From assembly GCA_000388065.2 (NCBI GenBank), contig KB932204.1: a DNA stretch of 30,461 nucleotides, one strand, 5' to 3'. Shown piece after piece: positions 1 through 11,218 of the stretch. Under the pieces are notes generated by a model. The model was given only the letters and a program-made list of their open reading frames with translations, had not been told where the DNA came from and did no database searches. The translations under genes and the position numbers were made by a program. Numbering within the stretch: position 1 is the first letter of the stretch; the number at the start of each line of letters is the position of its first letter. The stretch is from Fonticula alba ATCC 38817. Its lineage: Eukaryota > Protista > Nucleariida.

Positions 1-1212
1 CCCCCCTCCCCCCGGCCGGCCGAAAAGAAACCGAATGGCTTGGGCCGCTGGCCATTGTTGAGTCACACTCCGGCGCGCACGCGCCGGGGGGAGGGCCGAG
101 AGCCCACTCATGGGCGCACACTTCGAAAGAACAGCGCCAGTCACACACACACACACCGCCCTAGCCCGAGGCCTGCCGTGCGGTGGCCCCCGGCCCGGCC
201 GCCCCTCGGCACCCCCGGCGAGCAGAGGCGCCCGGCTGCCGGTGTGGGCAGGGCGCCCTCCGCGAACCCGGCCCCCCGCCCCTCCCCCCCCCGGAGAGAG
301 AGTTCGAGCCCCACGCACAGGGGGAGCACCTCCACCCGGGAAGGTACGACCTCGGACAAGGAGGTGACGAACCCTACCCTCGATCGAGTGGGGCACGGGA
401 TCCTATGCTGACCTTCGTGTCATGTGTGCCGGGAATGGTGTTGCTTCGTTCGTGTTAGTCCGATCCCACGCTATCCACTGTGACCAGGGGAACCCAGAGA
501 TGCCCTGGCCCACGGGAGGGCTCGGCCGGGCGGCGGCCACCGAAGGCGCCGGCGGAATACCAAAGGAACGGCCCATGGTGGGGTGGCCTCCCATGTGTGC
601 GAATAGCTGTGCTTGCGGAGAGGGGACCGCTACCCCCCGAGGTTCCCGGCCCATCGGGGCAGGTCCGCCAAGCCCCGCGCGAGGCCCGACCGCGGACAGG
701 GCTCCGGCCCCCCCCCCCCCCTGCCCCGGGCCTGTGGCGCGCTTGCCCGCCCGCCCCCCCCCCCCCGGCCGATCGGATCGCCCTCGATGGCGCAGCCGGC
801 CGGCACTCGTGCTTCACAAATAGACCCTCATTCTGGAGTCCCCAGAACAGAGCGTCCCTGGAGCGGGGATGCCACCTGGCAAGCGGCCAGGCCGGCGCGC
901 CCGTGAGGGCTGGGCCCTTGGCCGGGGCCAGCTCCAAAAGAGCGAGGGATGCCGCCCGGTGGTGTCCTGGCCCGGCTCGGGGCACCTGAGGCGGAGCGCG
1001 ACCGGGCACAGGAGAGGGTCCCCGGGGAGGGCGGGGAGGGCGGGGAGGGCGGGGAGCGGGGGGGGGAATGCGCCGGCCTGGGGGCCGTTCTTTTTCAGCC
1101 GCCCGGTCATTGCCTGGCACCTCGGGTGCGGAGATCCCCGCCCGACGGAAAGTAGTCCCTCACCCCTGCACTTCTCTCCGCCCATCTCGCGAGCGCGTCC
1201 GGCAGACACACC

Positions 1213-4164
1213 ATGTCCGACCAGACCCCCACCCGTGCGACCTCTCCCCCTCCCTGCTCCTGCTCCTGCCCCTGCCCCTGCCCCTCTCGTCGTCTCTCCC
1301 GTCTCGTGTCTCGGGATCGGCCTGCCTCTGCCGCGCCTGCCCCGTCCCGCTGCTCACCTCCCGCTGCTCACCTCCCGCTGCTCGCGCGCGCCCACACGCA
1401 CACCACACACATATACGCATGTGCCCTCCCTCCTGCCTGTAGCCACCTTCCATGTCTGCGCCAAGGCCGGCTCCGACACCAACGCCGGCACCGCCGAGGC
1501 CCCCTTCAAGACCGTCGAGCATGCGCTGACCCTGAGCCCCGTGCGTCGTCCGGCGCCCGTCCTCCCGACCGCCGCATTGCCGCCTTGCCCCCACCCCCCG
1601 GCCACCTTGCCCCTGGCACTCACCACACAACCCCCTCCCACCCCCCCCGCTGTTCCTCCTCCGCCCGACAGACCGCCGAGGTCATGGAGATGTCCGAGGA
1701 GGGCGAGTTCAAGAAGAGTGCGCCCTCCACCCGCTCCTCCCTCATGATGCTGCCCACGCCGTCCCTCCCATGCCCCTCCCCCCCCCCCGGCGAAGCAGCG
1801 CCAGGCCCTGACCGACATGTCCCCTGCCCCCCTGCCCGTGTCCCCCTCGGGCCCAGTCTCCTCCAAGACCCGCTCTCGTGTCCTGAAGAACATCGAGAAG
1901 CAGGAGAAGCAGCGCCAGGCCGATGAGCTCCGCGTGCGTGTGCTCTTTTTTTTTCTTGGCTACACCCGCGTGCCTGCCCGACCCCCGCCTTTTTTTTGTT
2001 CCTCCACCTGACACACACACACACACCCCTGCGATCCACAGGCCAAGCAGCTCCAGGAGCGCCTCGAGGCCTCCAAGCTGGTCCAGATCGAGCGCCCCTC
2101 CGCCGATGAGACCACCTATGTGCGTGGGCCATGCTTCGCCCCTTTCCCCCTTTCTCCTCTCTNNNNNNNNNNNNNNNNNNNNNNNNNNNNNNNNNNNNNN
2201 NNNNNNNNNNNNNNNNNNNNNNNNNNNNNNNNNNNNNNNNNNNNNNNNNNNNNNNNNNNNNNNNNNNNNNNNNNNNNNNNNNNNNNNNNNNNNNNNNNNN
2301 NNNNNNNNNNNNNNNNNNNNNNNNNNNNNNNNNNNNNNNNNNNNNNNNNNNNNNNNNNNNNNNNNNNNNNNNNNNNNNNNNNNNNNNNNNNNNNNNNNNN
2401 NNNNNNNNNCTCTTCCGCACAAAAAAAAACAGATCAAGATCCGCGACGTCTGCGAGGAGAAGCCCGTCCCCGAGGGGATTGTCCTGATCAAGGGCTGGGT
2501 CCACCGCATTCGCATCCAGAGCAAGAAGCTCATGTTCGTCGTCGTCCGCGACGGCACCGGCCTGATGCAGTGCGTCCTCAACGATCAGCTGGTACGCGCG
2601 CACGCCGGCCCCTCCCCCCCCCCTCCTGGCGGGGGATGCCTGGCCCGGCCCTTCTTGCATGCACACCTGCCCCCTCGCGTTCCCCTTTTTGCGCACACTG
2701 ACACCCGGTCCCCGGCTCCCGCCCGCATCGCCAGTGCGAGACCTATGACGCCCTCACCCTCACTCGTGAGTCCACCGTCGAGGTGTACGGCACCCTGAAC
2801 CAGGTCCCCAAGGGCAAGACCGTGCGTGAGCCCGCCCGATGCCCCGATCATGTGCCCGGGCCGCCGCTAGATGCGCCCCGCCCGACCGCCGCCGCCGCCC
2901 TCTGACACGCCCCCCCCCCCCCCCACCCCCCACCCCCTTGCCAGTCCCCCAACGGCTTCGAGCTCAAGGCCGTCTTCTTCAAGATCATCTCCGCCGCCCC
3001 GGGTGGCAAGGACAGCGCCGACAACATCTTCAACGACGATGCCAACCCCGAGGTCCTCCTGGACCAGCGCCACATGGTCCTCCGTGACCAGGGCCCCTCG
3101 GACATCATGCGCTTCCGGGCCTTTGTCCTGAACGCCTTCCGCACCCACTACAACGACAACAACTACTGCGAGGTCACCCCCCCGCTCATGGTCCAGACCC
3201 AGGTCGAGGGTGGCTCCACCCTCTTCAAGTTCGATTACTACGGTCAGGATGTGCGCACGCCACCGGGTGGCCATCTCGCGCCGCTGCTCCCCCGCGCCCG
3301 CCCCCACTGCCTGGTCTAACCATCCCCGCCTCCCCCTCTCCCTCACCACGCACGCACACCGTCACACACCGTCACACACACACACACACACAGGCCTACC
3401 TCACCCAGTCGTCGCAGCTCTACCTGGAGACTGTCCTCCCCTCGCTGGGCGATGTCTACTGCATTGCGCAGTCCTTCCGCGCCGAGAAGTCCCGCACCCG
3501 CCGCCACCTGTCGGAGTACACCCACGTCGAGGCCGAGTGCTCCTTCATCAGCTTCGAGGACCTGCTCAACCGCGTGGAGAAGCTGGTTTGCGATGTGTCC
3601 AACCACATCTGGAACCACCCGGTCGCCGGGAAGATCCTGCGCGAGGTGAACCCCTCCTTCACCCCGCCCGAGGCCCCCTTCCTCCGGATGTCCTACATCG
3701 AGGGCATTGAGTGGCTCAACGAGCATGGCCAGCTCAAGCCCGATGGCACCCCCTATGTGTTTGGCGACGACATCCCCGAGGCTCCCGAGCGCTACATGAC
3801 CGACTCCATCAACCGGCCCATCCTCTTCCACTCCTTCCCGGCCGAGGTCAAGTCCTTCTACATGCCTCGTCGCGAGGAGGACAACCGCCTGACCGAGTCC
3901 GTGGACCTGCTGATGCCGGGTGTCGGCGAGATCGTCGGCGGGTCCATGCGTATCTGGGACCTGGAGGAGCTCATGAAGGGCTACGAGCGCGAGGGCATCG
4001 ACCCGACCCCGTACTACTGGTTCACCGACCAGCGCCGCTATGGCTCCTGCCCGCATGGTGGCTATGGTCTGGGCCTGGAGCGCTTCCTCACCTGGATGCT
4101 CGGCCTGCACCACGTCCGTGATGTCTGCCTGTACCCCCGCTTCACCGGCCGCTGCCGTCCTTGA
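1213..4164 (+). CDS. NARS1: Cytosolic asparaginyl-tRNA synthetase, 9 exons, 547 aa
   Basis: Exons 1213-1234, 1443-1540, 1672-1717, 1857-1933, 2042-2119, 2433-2591, 2735-2821, 2945-3250, 3394-4164 (1644 nt; all GT-AG, phases consistent). Motifs: eukaryotic N-terminal extension (GTAEAPFKT), OB fold ([23 protein letters not shown]), motif 1 ([17 protein letters not shown]), [12 protein letters not shown], motif 2 ([21 protein letters not shown]), motif 3 ([15 protein letters not shown]), C-terminus [13 protein letters not shown]. Confidence 0.97.
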
Positions 4165-4708
4165 AAAGGAGGGCCATCGGCGCACATGCCGGCCGGCCGG
4201 CCGGTGGCCAGTAGCCACACGCGGGGCCACGTGCCGCCGATGTGTCTCTGACTGGCCCACGCCACTCGGTACCACCTCTCCACCTCCCTGCCTCCCCCGC
4301 CCGCCCCTTTGTGCTCTCCCTCGTTCTCTCCCTCTCCCTCTCTCTCTCTCTTTCTCTCGCCATGGTCGGGAGGAAGACGCGCTCGGGCGCGCAATCGGCA
4401 ACAATGATCCCCAGAGTGTCGGGAAGAGGAGAGCCGGAACACCGGCGAGAGCACGGGGGCCCCGCGGGGGATGGTTGGCTGGTGGCATTCGAAATACACA
4501 CAAATGTCCCTGCACATGCTGGCTTTTTTTTTTGCTTTTTTTCCGCCCGTTCCCCTGTGCCTCGTTCTCCTCCGGGGAAAGGGGAGGAGTATGGCGGTAT
4601 TTATTCCCAAACAAGCGAAGCGTCATCCGAGCGAGGGGGGCTGGCAGTGGGGCCACCGACCGCACGAGGGGCTCTCAAACAAGGGGGGAGGGGCAGAGTT
4701 GACTTGAC

Positions 4709-4996
4709 TCACGGCTGGATGCTGTTGCTGCTGCTGCTGGCGGTGGAAAAGTGCATGCTGTCCACCTCCAGCGTTGGCAGATTCAGGAGCGCAATCTGCC
4801 CTGTGGTGGCCAGGCCGGGGACCATGACGACGCGCACGGTGACCGCCGGCCGGTCGGGCAGCTTCTGGTTGAGGGTCACCACGCGCGAGGCAAAAGCCGG
4901 CTGGTTGCCAATGAAAAGGACGTGAGGCAGGCGCGTGTCGCTGGCCAGCAGGCGATCGCCATGCCAGAAGGGGAAGCAGGCTGCATGCAGCGAGAA

Positions 4997-5044
<48 letters not shown>

Positions 5045-5342
5045 AGCGGTGCGGGGGTCAGTACACTTAGATGGATCTCGAGCGGAATATGCGGCACAGC
5101 ACGCACGCAGGGTGTCAGGTGCGGTCGGAGACCAGTGACACGCCCGGAGGAGGAGCTCCGCCGCATGGAAACGAGCAGCCATGTCGGCCGGGCTGCCAGG
5201 CACAAGATCACCGCTGTCGGGCCGATCATCAGCCACCGGGATCCCAACCTGCCGCAGCACCTCGGCCGCCAGCGGGTACATATACCGGATGATGTCGTCC
5301 AGCGCCTGGCCCGAAATGCCGACCAGACTGGATGGCGAGACG

Positions 5343-5374
<32 letters not shown>

Positions 5375-7115
5375 CATGGTCAGGGACGCCAAGGGGGGTA
5401 GAGGGAGAGGCAGAGGGAGAAAGAAAGAAAGAAAAAGACGCAAGAGGCACGTACTCAACCCCATCCACAGAGAAGGCATAGGGGTTGGTGGTGGTGCTGA
5501 ACAGGGGCAGGCGGCGAGACCGGGGGAACACAAACCCGGGGAGGGGCTGCTGCGGATGCTGCATCGGTGTCGGGTCCCCATCGCCGGGCATCACATCCAC
5601 ATGCACACACTGGGCCAGCTGCGCGATGGCCAGGTCGGCCTGGGCCATCTGAGCGGCGGTGTGCTCCTCCTGCCGGCGAAGCTCCTCCCTCCGGCGCTGG
5701 TTCACGCGGCCGACATCCTGGTTGTCATAGTAGTCGGCCTGCTTGGAGAAGAGGTTGCCCGCAACAATCAGCCGGGTGATGTTCACCGGCGAGGGGACCC
5801 CAGGCTCCATGGGCCTCTTCGATGCCGAGGGGATCATTGACCCCAGCCCGCCCAGCTGATCCCCGGCCTCCTCGTCGGAGACCACTGCCTCCACGCGACC
5901 GGCCACCCAATCCACCAGCATGTCCAGCAGGGCCGCCGGCGTGCCGGCGGTCCCGGCCCCGAGGCTCCAATTGGAGGTGAGTGCCAGCAGGCTGTTGCCC
6001 GTATTCGAGGCCGACGGCAGGGGACGCTGTGGCGCCGGCAGCGGGAAGCAGATGTCCCGCACAAACAGCTCCCCGGGGATAAGCTGCACGCCGAGGATGG
6101 CGCAGACAACGCCTACACAGGGTGCCAGATGTGGGCATCCGCGCCCGGGGTGGAGTCAGCACCGGGAGGACGGGCAGAAATGCATGTGCATGCACATGTG
6201 TGCGCATGTGTGTATGGGAGGGAGAGAGAGAGAGAGAGAGGGGGGGGGGGGGGGGAGAAAATGTACGCCAGCTTGCCATCGGCAGAGGCCCACCACTCGC
6301 CACACCCAAAAGCCCAACGGGCACAGACAGGCACATGCACGCACCGGTAACCAGCATCTCTTGGAAGATCCGCGGGCCAGACAGGATCAGCCGTCCAGAC
6401 TCGTCCTCCAGCGCGAAGAAAGCCGGCCGCGGGGTAGCCCCCTTGGTGGGGGTCCCGAAGCTGGCCGGACGAGTGGCCGGATCCACGGGGCGGATATTTT
6501 GCTGGGAAACGAAAGAGGCGACCAGGCAAACGGTGTCAGGGCCCTGCACCACAGGGGGAGGCAAGTCGGTGACCATCCCACCGCGGGGGAGGAGAGGGCA
6601 GCGGCGACGGGGGGACATACCAAGCGCGACAGCTCATCAATGACATTCGGCTTGCCGGGCAGTTCGGCATAGATGACACCGCACACGACGGAGCGCTGTG
6701 CCGATGGGCGGTCGGTCGCGGTCAGGCCGAGCCAGGGGATCTTGCCCACCATGTGCTGGCTCGACTCCAGGGAGTTGTCGCCGAGCAGCGGCATATCCAG
6801 GACCTTGTCGACATGCTGGCTGGCCGGGATGTCGGGCCAGGCGGCCCGAGCGGCGGCCAACGCCCGCGGCTTCAGCCCCTCCAGCCGAGATTGGTAGATG
6901 CCGGAAAACTGGGCCGTGATGCCGTCAAGGCCGCTGCCACCGCCGGCCACCGCCGACGATGACGACGCCCGCTGCTTTGCCTCGGCATCCATGGCCATCA
7001 GCTCCGGCGACACCGGCTGGCCGAAAGAGGTGATGCGGAAGCCTTCGCCCAGGGCCGGGTCGAAGGTCACCTCCGGACGGGGCGTCCGGCCGCCGGGGCC
7101 GCAGGAGATGGTCAT
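4709..7115 (-). CDS. POLD2: DNA polymerase delta subunit 2 (Pol31/Cdc1/p50), 5 exons, about 614 aa
   Basis: Exons 7115-6621, 6543-6345, 6112-5455, 5327-5107, 4980-4709 (1845 nt). Motifs: QFSGIYQSRL, LEDESGRLIL, RLIVAGNL, VDVMPGDGDP..MQHPQQPL, TNPYAFSVDGVD|LVGISGQ, HWSPTAPDTL|PCFPF, PHVLFIGNQP. The start codon at 7115 is the most plausible one but is less certain than the internal exons. Confidence 0.93.
4997..5044. repeat. (GGCGAC)8 hexamer microsatellite in POLD2 intron 4
   Basis: Direct read of the sequence. Confidence 0.95.
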
Positions 7116-7409
7116 GCTTCGGGCAGGGAGGGGGGGGGGGGGCGCAGCCAGGGAGCGAGGGAAGAAGTGCGGCGAGAAAGCGAGCGAGGGGGGCGGAGAG
7201 GAGGAGGGCGGATGATATGGGAGGGGGGGGGGGTGAGGGAGCAAGGCTGAACGAGGGCCAACTGCCTTGGCTAGCTGAGAGAGGGGTGGCCAGTGGCCCG
7301 AACAGCGAACCCGAACATGGGGGGAAATAACTCCCTCGGCCCTCCTGATATGCCCGGCACCACCCCCGGACCATCCGGCGGGGGGCCCGTGGCGATCCCC
7401 GGCCGAGGG

Positions 7410-7554
7410 CTTGGCGCGCCGGTCCCAGGCTGCCCTCCGTTCAACTGGCAGGCGGCCTTCGCAGGGCCTGTCCCCCCGTGCCCCCCCCCCCCCCTGGGCC
7501 ATCCGGCGCTCGGGGTGGCGATCCCCCGCCGCCGGGCGTGGGGGCAATTTTGAA
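7410..7554. promoter_or_regulatory. Possible cell-cycle promoter elements upstream of POLD2: E2F-like CTTGGCGCGC (7410-7419) and CHR-like TTTGAA (7549-7554)
   Basis: Motif matches only, about 300-440 nt upstream of the POLD2 ATG. Short motifs can arise by chance in GC-rich DNA. Confidence 0.25.
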
Positions 7555-7868
7555 AATAACAGCCTCGCCAACTGCCAATGGTACAACAAGGTGCCGGTGA
7601 ATCGAGGACAATCTATTTCCCTCCCTGCGGGGGGAAGACAGGCCCCGCCAGGGGACGGGAGGGAGGGGGGGGNNNNNNNNNNNNNNNNNNNNNNNNNNNN
7701 NNTACAACTGCACAGGGACGTGTGCGCGCGCACACGCGCACGCATGCACACACGGGCACTGGGAGAGAAAGATGATTGGGTGCCCGGGAGGACAGGCGCC
7801 GCGCCGAAAGTTGCACACATCATGGGGGAGGAGCCCGCGAGAGGAGGGGACACGCCCATGGGGCCGGG

Positions 7869-10800
7869 CTAAGGGCCACCTTCGCCCGACTTGGGGTCCG
7901 AAGTCGGGTCACTGCCGCTGCCGCTGCCGCTGCCGCTGCCGCTGCTGGCGGCGGCGGCGGCGGCGGCCTCGCGCTTTTTGGATTTGCCGCGCCGCTTGGG
8001 CCGGGTGCGGGTTTCGGCCGAGAGCGGCCCCGTCCTGGTGCCTGATGGCAGGAGGCCGATATTCCGCAGCCCGGCGTCCAAGACCGACCGGTCGATGGAC
8101 CGGTCAGCCGTCGGGGCGCCCGGGGCCGGGGCCACGACCGGCGGGTCGGGCTGTCCAGATGGCACGGGGGGCTCTGGCGCCAGGGCCAAGCCGCTGGCCA
8201 TGGTCATATTCACGACATCCTGCTCCTCGGCCGCCTCCGGGCCTTCATCCGAGAGCGAGGACAGCGAGGTGAGATGCTGGTGCGTCGGGTTCTGGTGCTT
8301 TTCCCGCATCAGCGGGCGCTGCTGCGCCACCTCCCTGATGCTGTTCAAGAGCAGGTCCAAATTGGGCATCACATCCAGCAGGGGCGAACGGCCGGTTGGC
8401 ACGGCCCGATCCAGCACCCGAGGCTGGGCAACCTCCGGAGGGGCATCCTTCGGGCCCGGTCGGCTGGGCATGAACGAGGCAAAGGGCGAGATGGCGGACG
8501 GGGCAGACGCCGGGGACTTTGGCAGGCGCTGCGTCAAGGACTGAAGGGCATTCTGAGGAAGGGCACGTTGCAGTGGAGCGTCAAAGTAACGGCCGGAGGG
8601 GAAGGAGGAGGAGGAGGCGGCGGCGGGAGGGGAGGAGTAAAAGGAGAAGGAGCCGTCTGCCGGCGCGGCAGAGGGCGATCTTGACGGCGACCCCCCCAGC
8701 GGCGGGGGGGCAACCCCAGGCGCGCCCGGGCCGCCGCCGGCACCATCAAGCCCACGCCGGTCGGCGGGCAGCCCCCTCGGGGCATTGGGCACAAGGTCGG
8801 GAAGCGCCCATCGGGAAGTGATGAGGCGCTCATGGCCAGCCACCATCCCAGGCACCGAGGGCGCCAGGAGGGTGGACGTGGCCAGGGAAAAGAGGAGATC
8901 CTGCTCGCGAGAGGCGGCCAGGGTCGCCGGCGGTGGGGCAACATTGGCCGGGGCGTCCTTCGGCGGGAGCAGGTCTGGCGGAAGTTGCGGGAGCCGTGCT
9001 TGTGAAATGCTCGGCGGCTGCTTCTTGGCGAAGGGGATGGAAAGCTCGGAGTTCAGTGACCCGGGGTTCATCGGGGTCCCATGCAAGCGCGTCAGCTCGA
9101 GCGAGGCGATGGTGAAGAATCCCAGCTCGAAAGCGGTCCCCGGCCCGAAAGCCCGCATAATCGGCCGGGCATCGAAAGAGAAGGACTTGTAGTCGCCCGA
9201 GGAGGATTGCCGGCGCGGAACCCGGGCCAGGGTCATCCGTAGCTGAATCCGCCAACAGAGGGAGGAGGAGAGGGGGAAAGGGTCAGGCCGAATGGCAAAC
9301 ACCAGCAACCAGGCGGCAATACATCCATGCATCCATGCACGCATCCATGCACGCATCCATGCACGCATCCATGCACGCATCCATGCACGCATCCATGCAC
9401 ATACCTCTCCGGGATCGGGGGATGGTAGGAGCCCGCTTCGGTAGAGCTCATATGCGATCAGCCCTGGGTGGAGATAGAACACCCAGGGGGTGGGGAGAAG
9501 GGAGGGGGGGAGACAGGGCCGCCAAAGGTCAGTTGCTCGGCGCCCTCGAAGAAGATGGCGTTGCCACAGGGGGGGGGGGGGGCGGGGGAAGGTGCGTACG
9601 GGCAATCCTGTAGATCGTCTCATTCAAGGGATGCGTCGCCGGGACGGTGGCATAAATGGCTCGGGCATTTGCTGACAAGGGGGGTGAGCATGCCGAAGCG
9701 AGGGGGGTGAGCATGCCGAAGCCAGGGGGGTGGGCATGCCGAAGCCAGGGGGGTGAGCATGCCGAAGCGAGGGGGATGAGTGCCTAGCCAGGGCAGCCAA
9801 GCCAGACGCGAGGGCAAAGATGAACGCAGCGGGAGAAGGCAAGAAAAAAAGGCAGGCGCACAATAGTCCTTCGGAATGTGAGGGTCGATGAAGGAGTCGA
9901 CAGTCACGGCATCCAGATGGCCAAGCAGGATGTTGACCGAGTTGCCGCCACTTATTTGACGACTGAAGGCCATGAAGACGCCATCGAGGAGAGGCATGGG
10001 TCAGCAGGGGATTGGCCGGGCGGAGAGGCGGCGAGGGCAGGGCGGATGGACGAAAGCCCGAGGGGGGCGAGAGGAGGGAGGGGCGAAGGGGCGAAGGGGC
10101 GAAGGAGGGGAAAAAGAAAACATGACTCACATCACTGGCTCCAGCTGCCCCAGTGTCTCCAACGCCGCGTCCATGAACTCCGGCCCAAAAGACAGGCACA
10201 GGGACTCGGCCATGCGGATGATCAGCCTGTCGGCCGGGATCAGCATCTTCTGGTGAAACTTCTGCCCCGGCGGCCGGGGGGCGTCCCACCACCAAACAAA
10301 GCGCTCGGAGGACCTGAAGACCGAGGGGGTCCGCCGGAAGATTTGGTTGTTTTTCAGCTCCCGCCGGGCGGCCAGCTGCTGGAGCTCCATGGCCTTCGAC
10401 GAGTTGTCCATCGCATGGGGATGGGTGTGCTCCACATTCAGGAGCATGCGGTGGAAGCGCTCGAACAGGATGTTCAACGGGGGAGGCGGGGCCGCGCCGG
10501 GCGGCCGGGCCGGACTGTGAAGTGGCAGCGTCAGAGCATGGCTCATTGGAGTCCGCTGCTCGACGGCCATCACCTCTCGGGTGCGTAGTTGCCGCCGGAA
10601 GCCACTCAAGCTGACCGGCCCGGTCATTCGGCCCGGATAGGCCTCCAGCTCGGGCATGTCGCTGTCAGGATGCAAGTCCGAATCCGGGTCGTCCAAATCC
10701 TCGGAACTGCTCGCGCGCTCGAATTGCCGCGCCAGGTACTCCTCCTGAGCCGGATCATCCCCATCATGCCAGGGGAGGGGGACTTCCTGCCGGCCGGTCT

Positions 10801-11218
10801 CTCGCCAGAGACTCCGAGAGTCCAGGAAAGTGGCATCCACCATGGACCGGCCCGGGACACTCGGAGCAAGGATACGGGGGGGCGGTAGCGCCGCCGGGCC
10901 CAGGATGGAGGGATCCCGCAAGACGGCCGTCGCAAGGGCCGAGGCCAGGCTGTCAAGCTGATTGTTCGAGAGGAAGCCCTTCTGAGTGAGGAGGGAGTTC
11001 AGATTCGAGTCACATTCCGAGGGGGGAGTCGCTTTGTGGGGATCGTCACCATCATCGGCCTTGTCCTCGGTGGGGGCGTCCCCGGAGGCAGGGGCCCCGG
11101 CACAGGGTGTCGAGTCATCCGGACGACAGAGCGCCCGGCCAGCCAGCGGGCGGGACTCCTTCGAAAATGATCGCCGCCCAGGTCGGAGGATCGCGGAGGA
11201 GGCACGCCACTGGCGCAT
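7869..11218 (-). CDS. ASCC1/AKAP7-like 2H-phosphoesterase-fold protein with degenerate HxT motifs and a putative mitochondrial presequence, 5 exons, about 897 aa
   Basis: Exons 11218-10131, 9962-9862, 9671-9600, 9463-9405, 9242-7869 (2694 nt, phases consistent). Spliced segments align in order with the ASCC1 phosphoesterase domain as recalled: MSHALTLPL; LFERFHRMLL; IRQISGGNSVNILL; ARAIYATV; ELYRSGLL; FSFDARPIMRAF..FELGFFTIASLEL..SIPF. An in-frame stop lies just upstream (11272-11270). Confidence 0.75.
9323..9400. repeat. 12-bp tandem repeat (ATCCATGCACGC), 5 full copies plus partial copies, in intron 4 of the 2H-like gene
   Basis: Full units at 9331, 9343, 9355, 9367, 9379; partial units on both sides. 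Confidence 0.95.
9679..9790. repeat. 23-bp minisatellite GGGGGGTGAGCATGCCGAAGC(C/G)A, 4 copies plus 1 degenerate, in intron 2 of the 2H-like gene
   Basis: Units start at 9679, 9702, 9725, 9748, with a degenerate unit at 9771. There are no spacers, so this is not CRISPR. Confidence 0.93.

Noticed and set aside
1-1200. Multiple overlapping ORFs and a possible minus-strand exon (about 408-326, ending near a GTGCGT donor)
   Set aside because: The translations are Pro/Arg/Gly-rich with no recognisable domain, and no consistent exon chain could be built. Probably promoter or UTR sequence.
9679-9790. Regularly spaced 23-bp repeats as a CRISPR array
   Set aside because: The units are directly adjacent with no unique spacers, lie inside a spliceosomal intron, and have no cas genes nearby.
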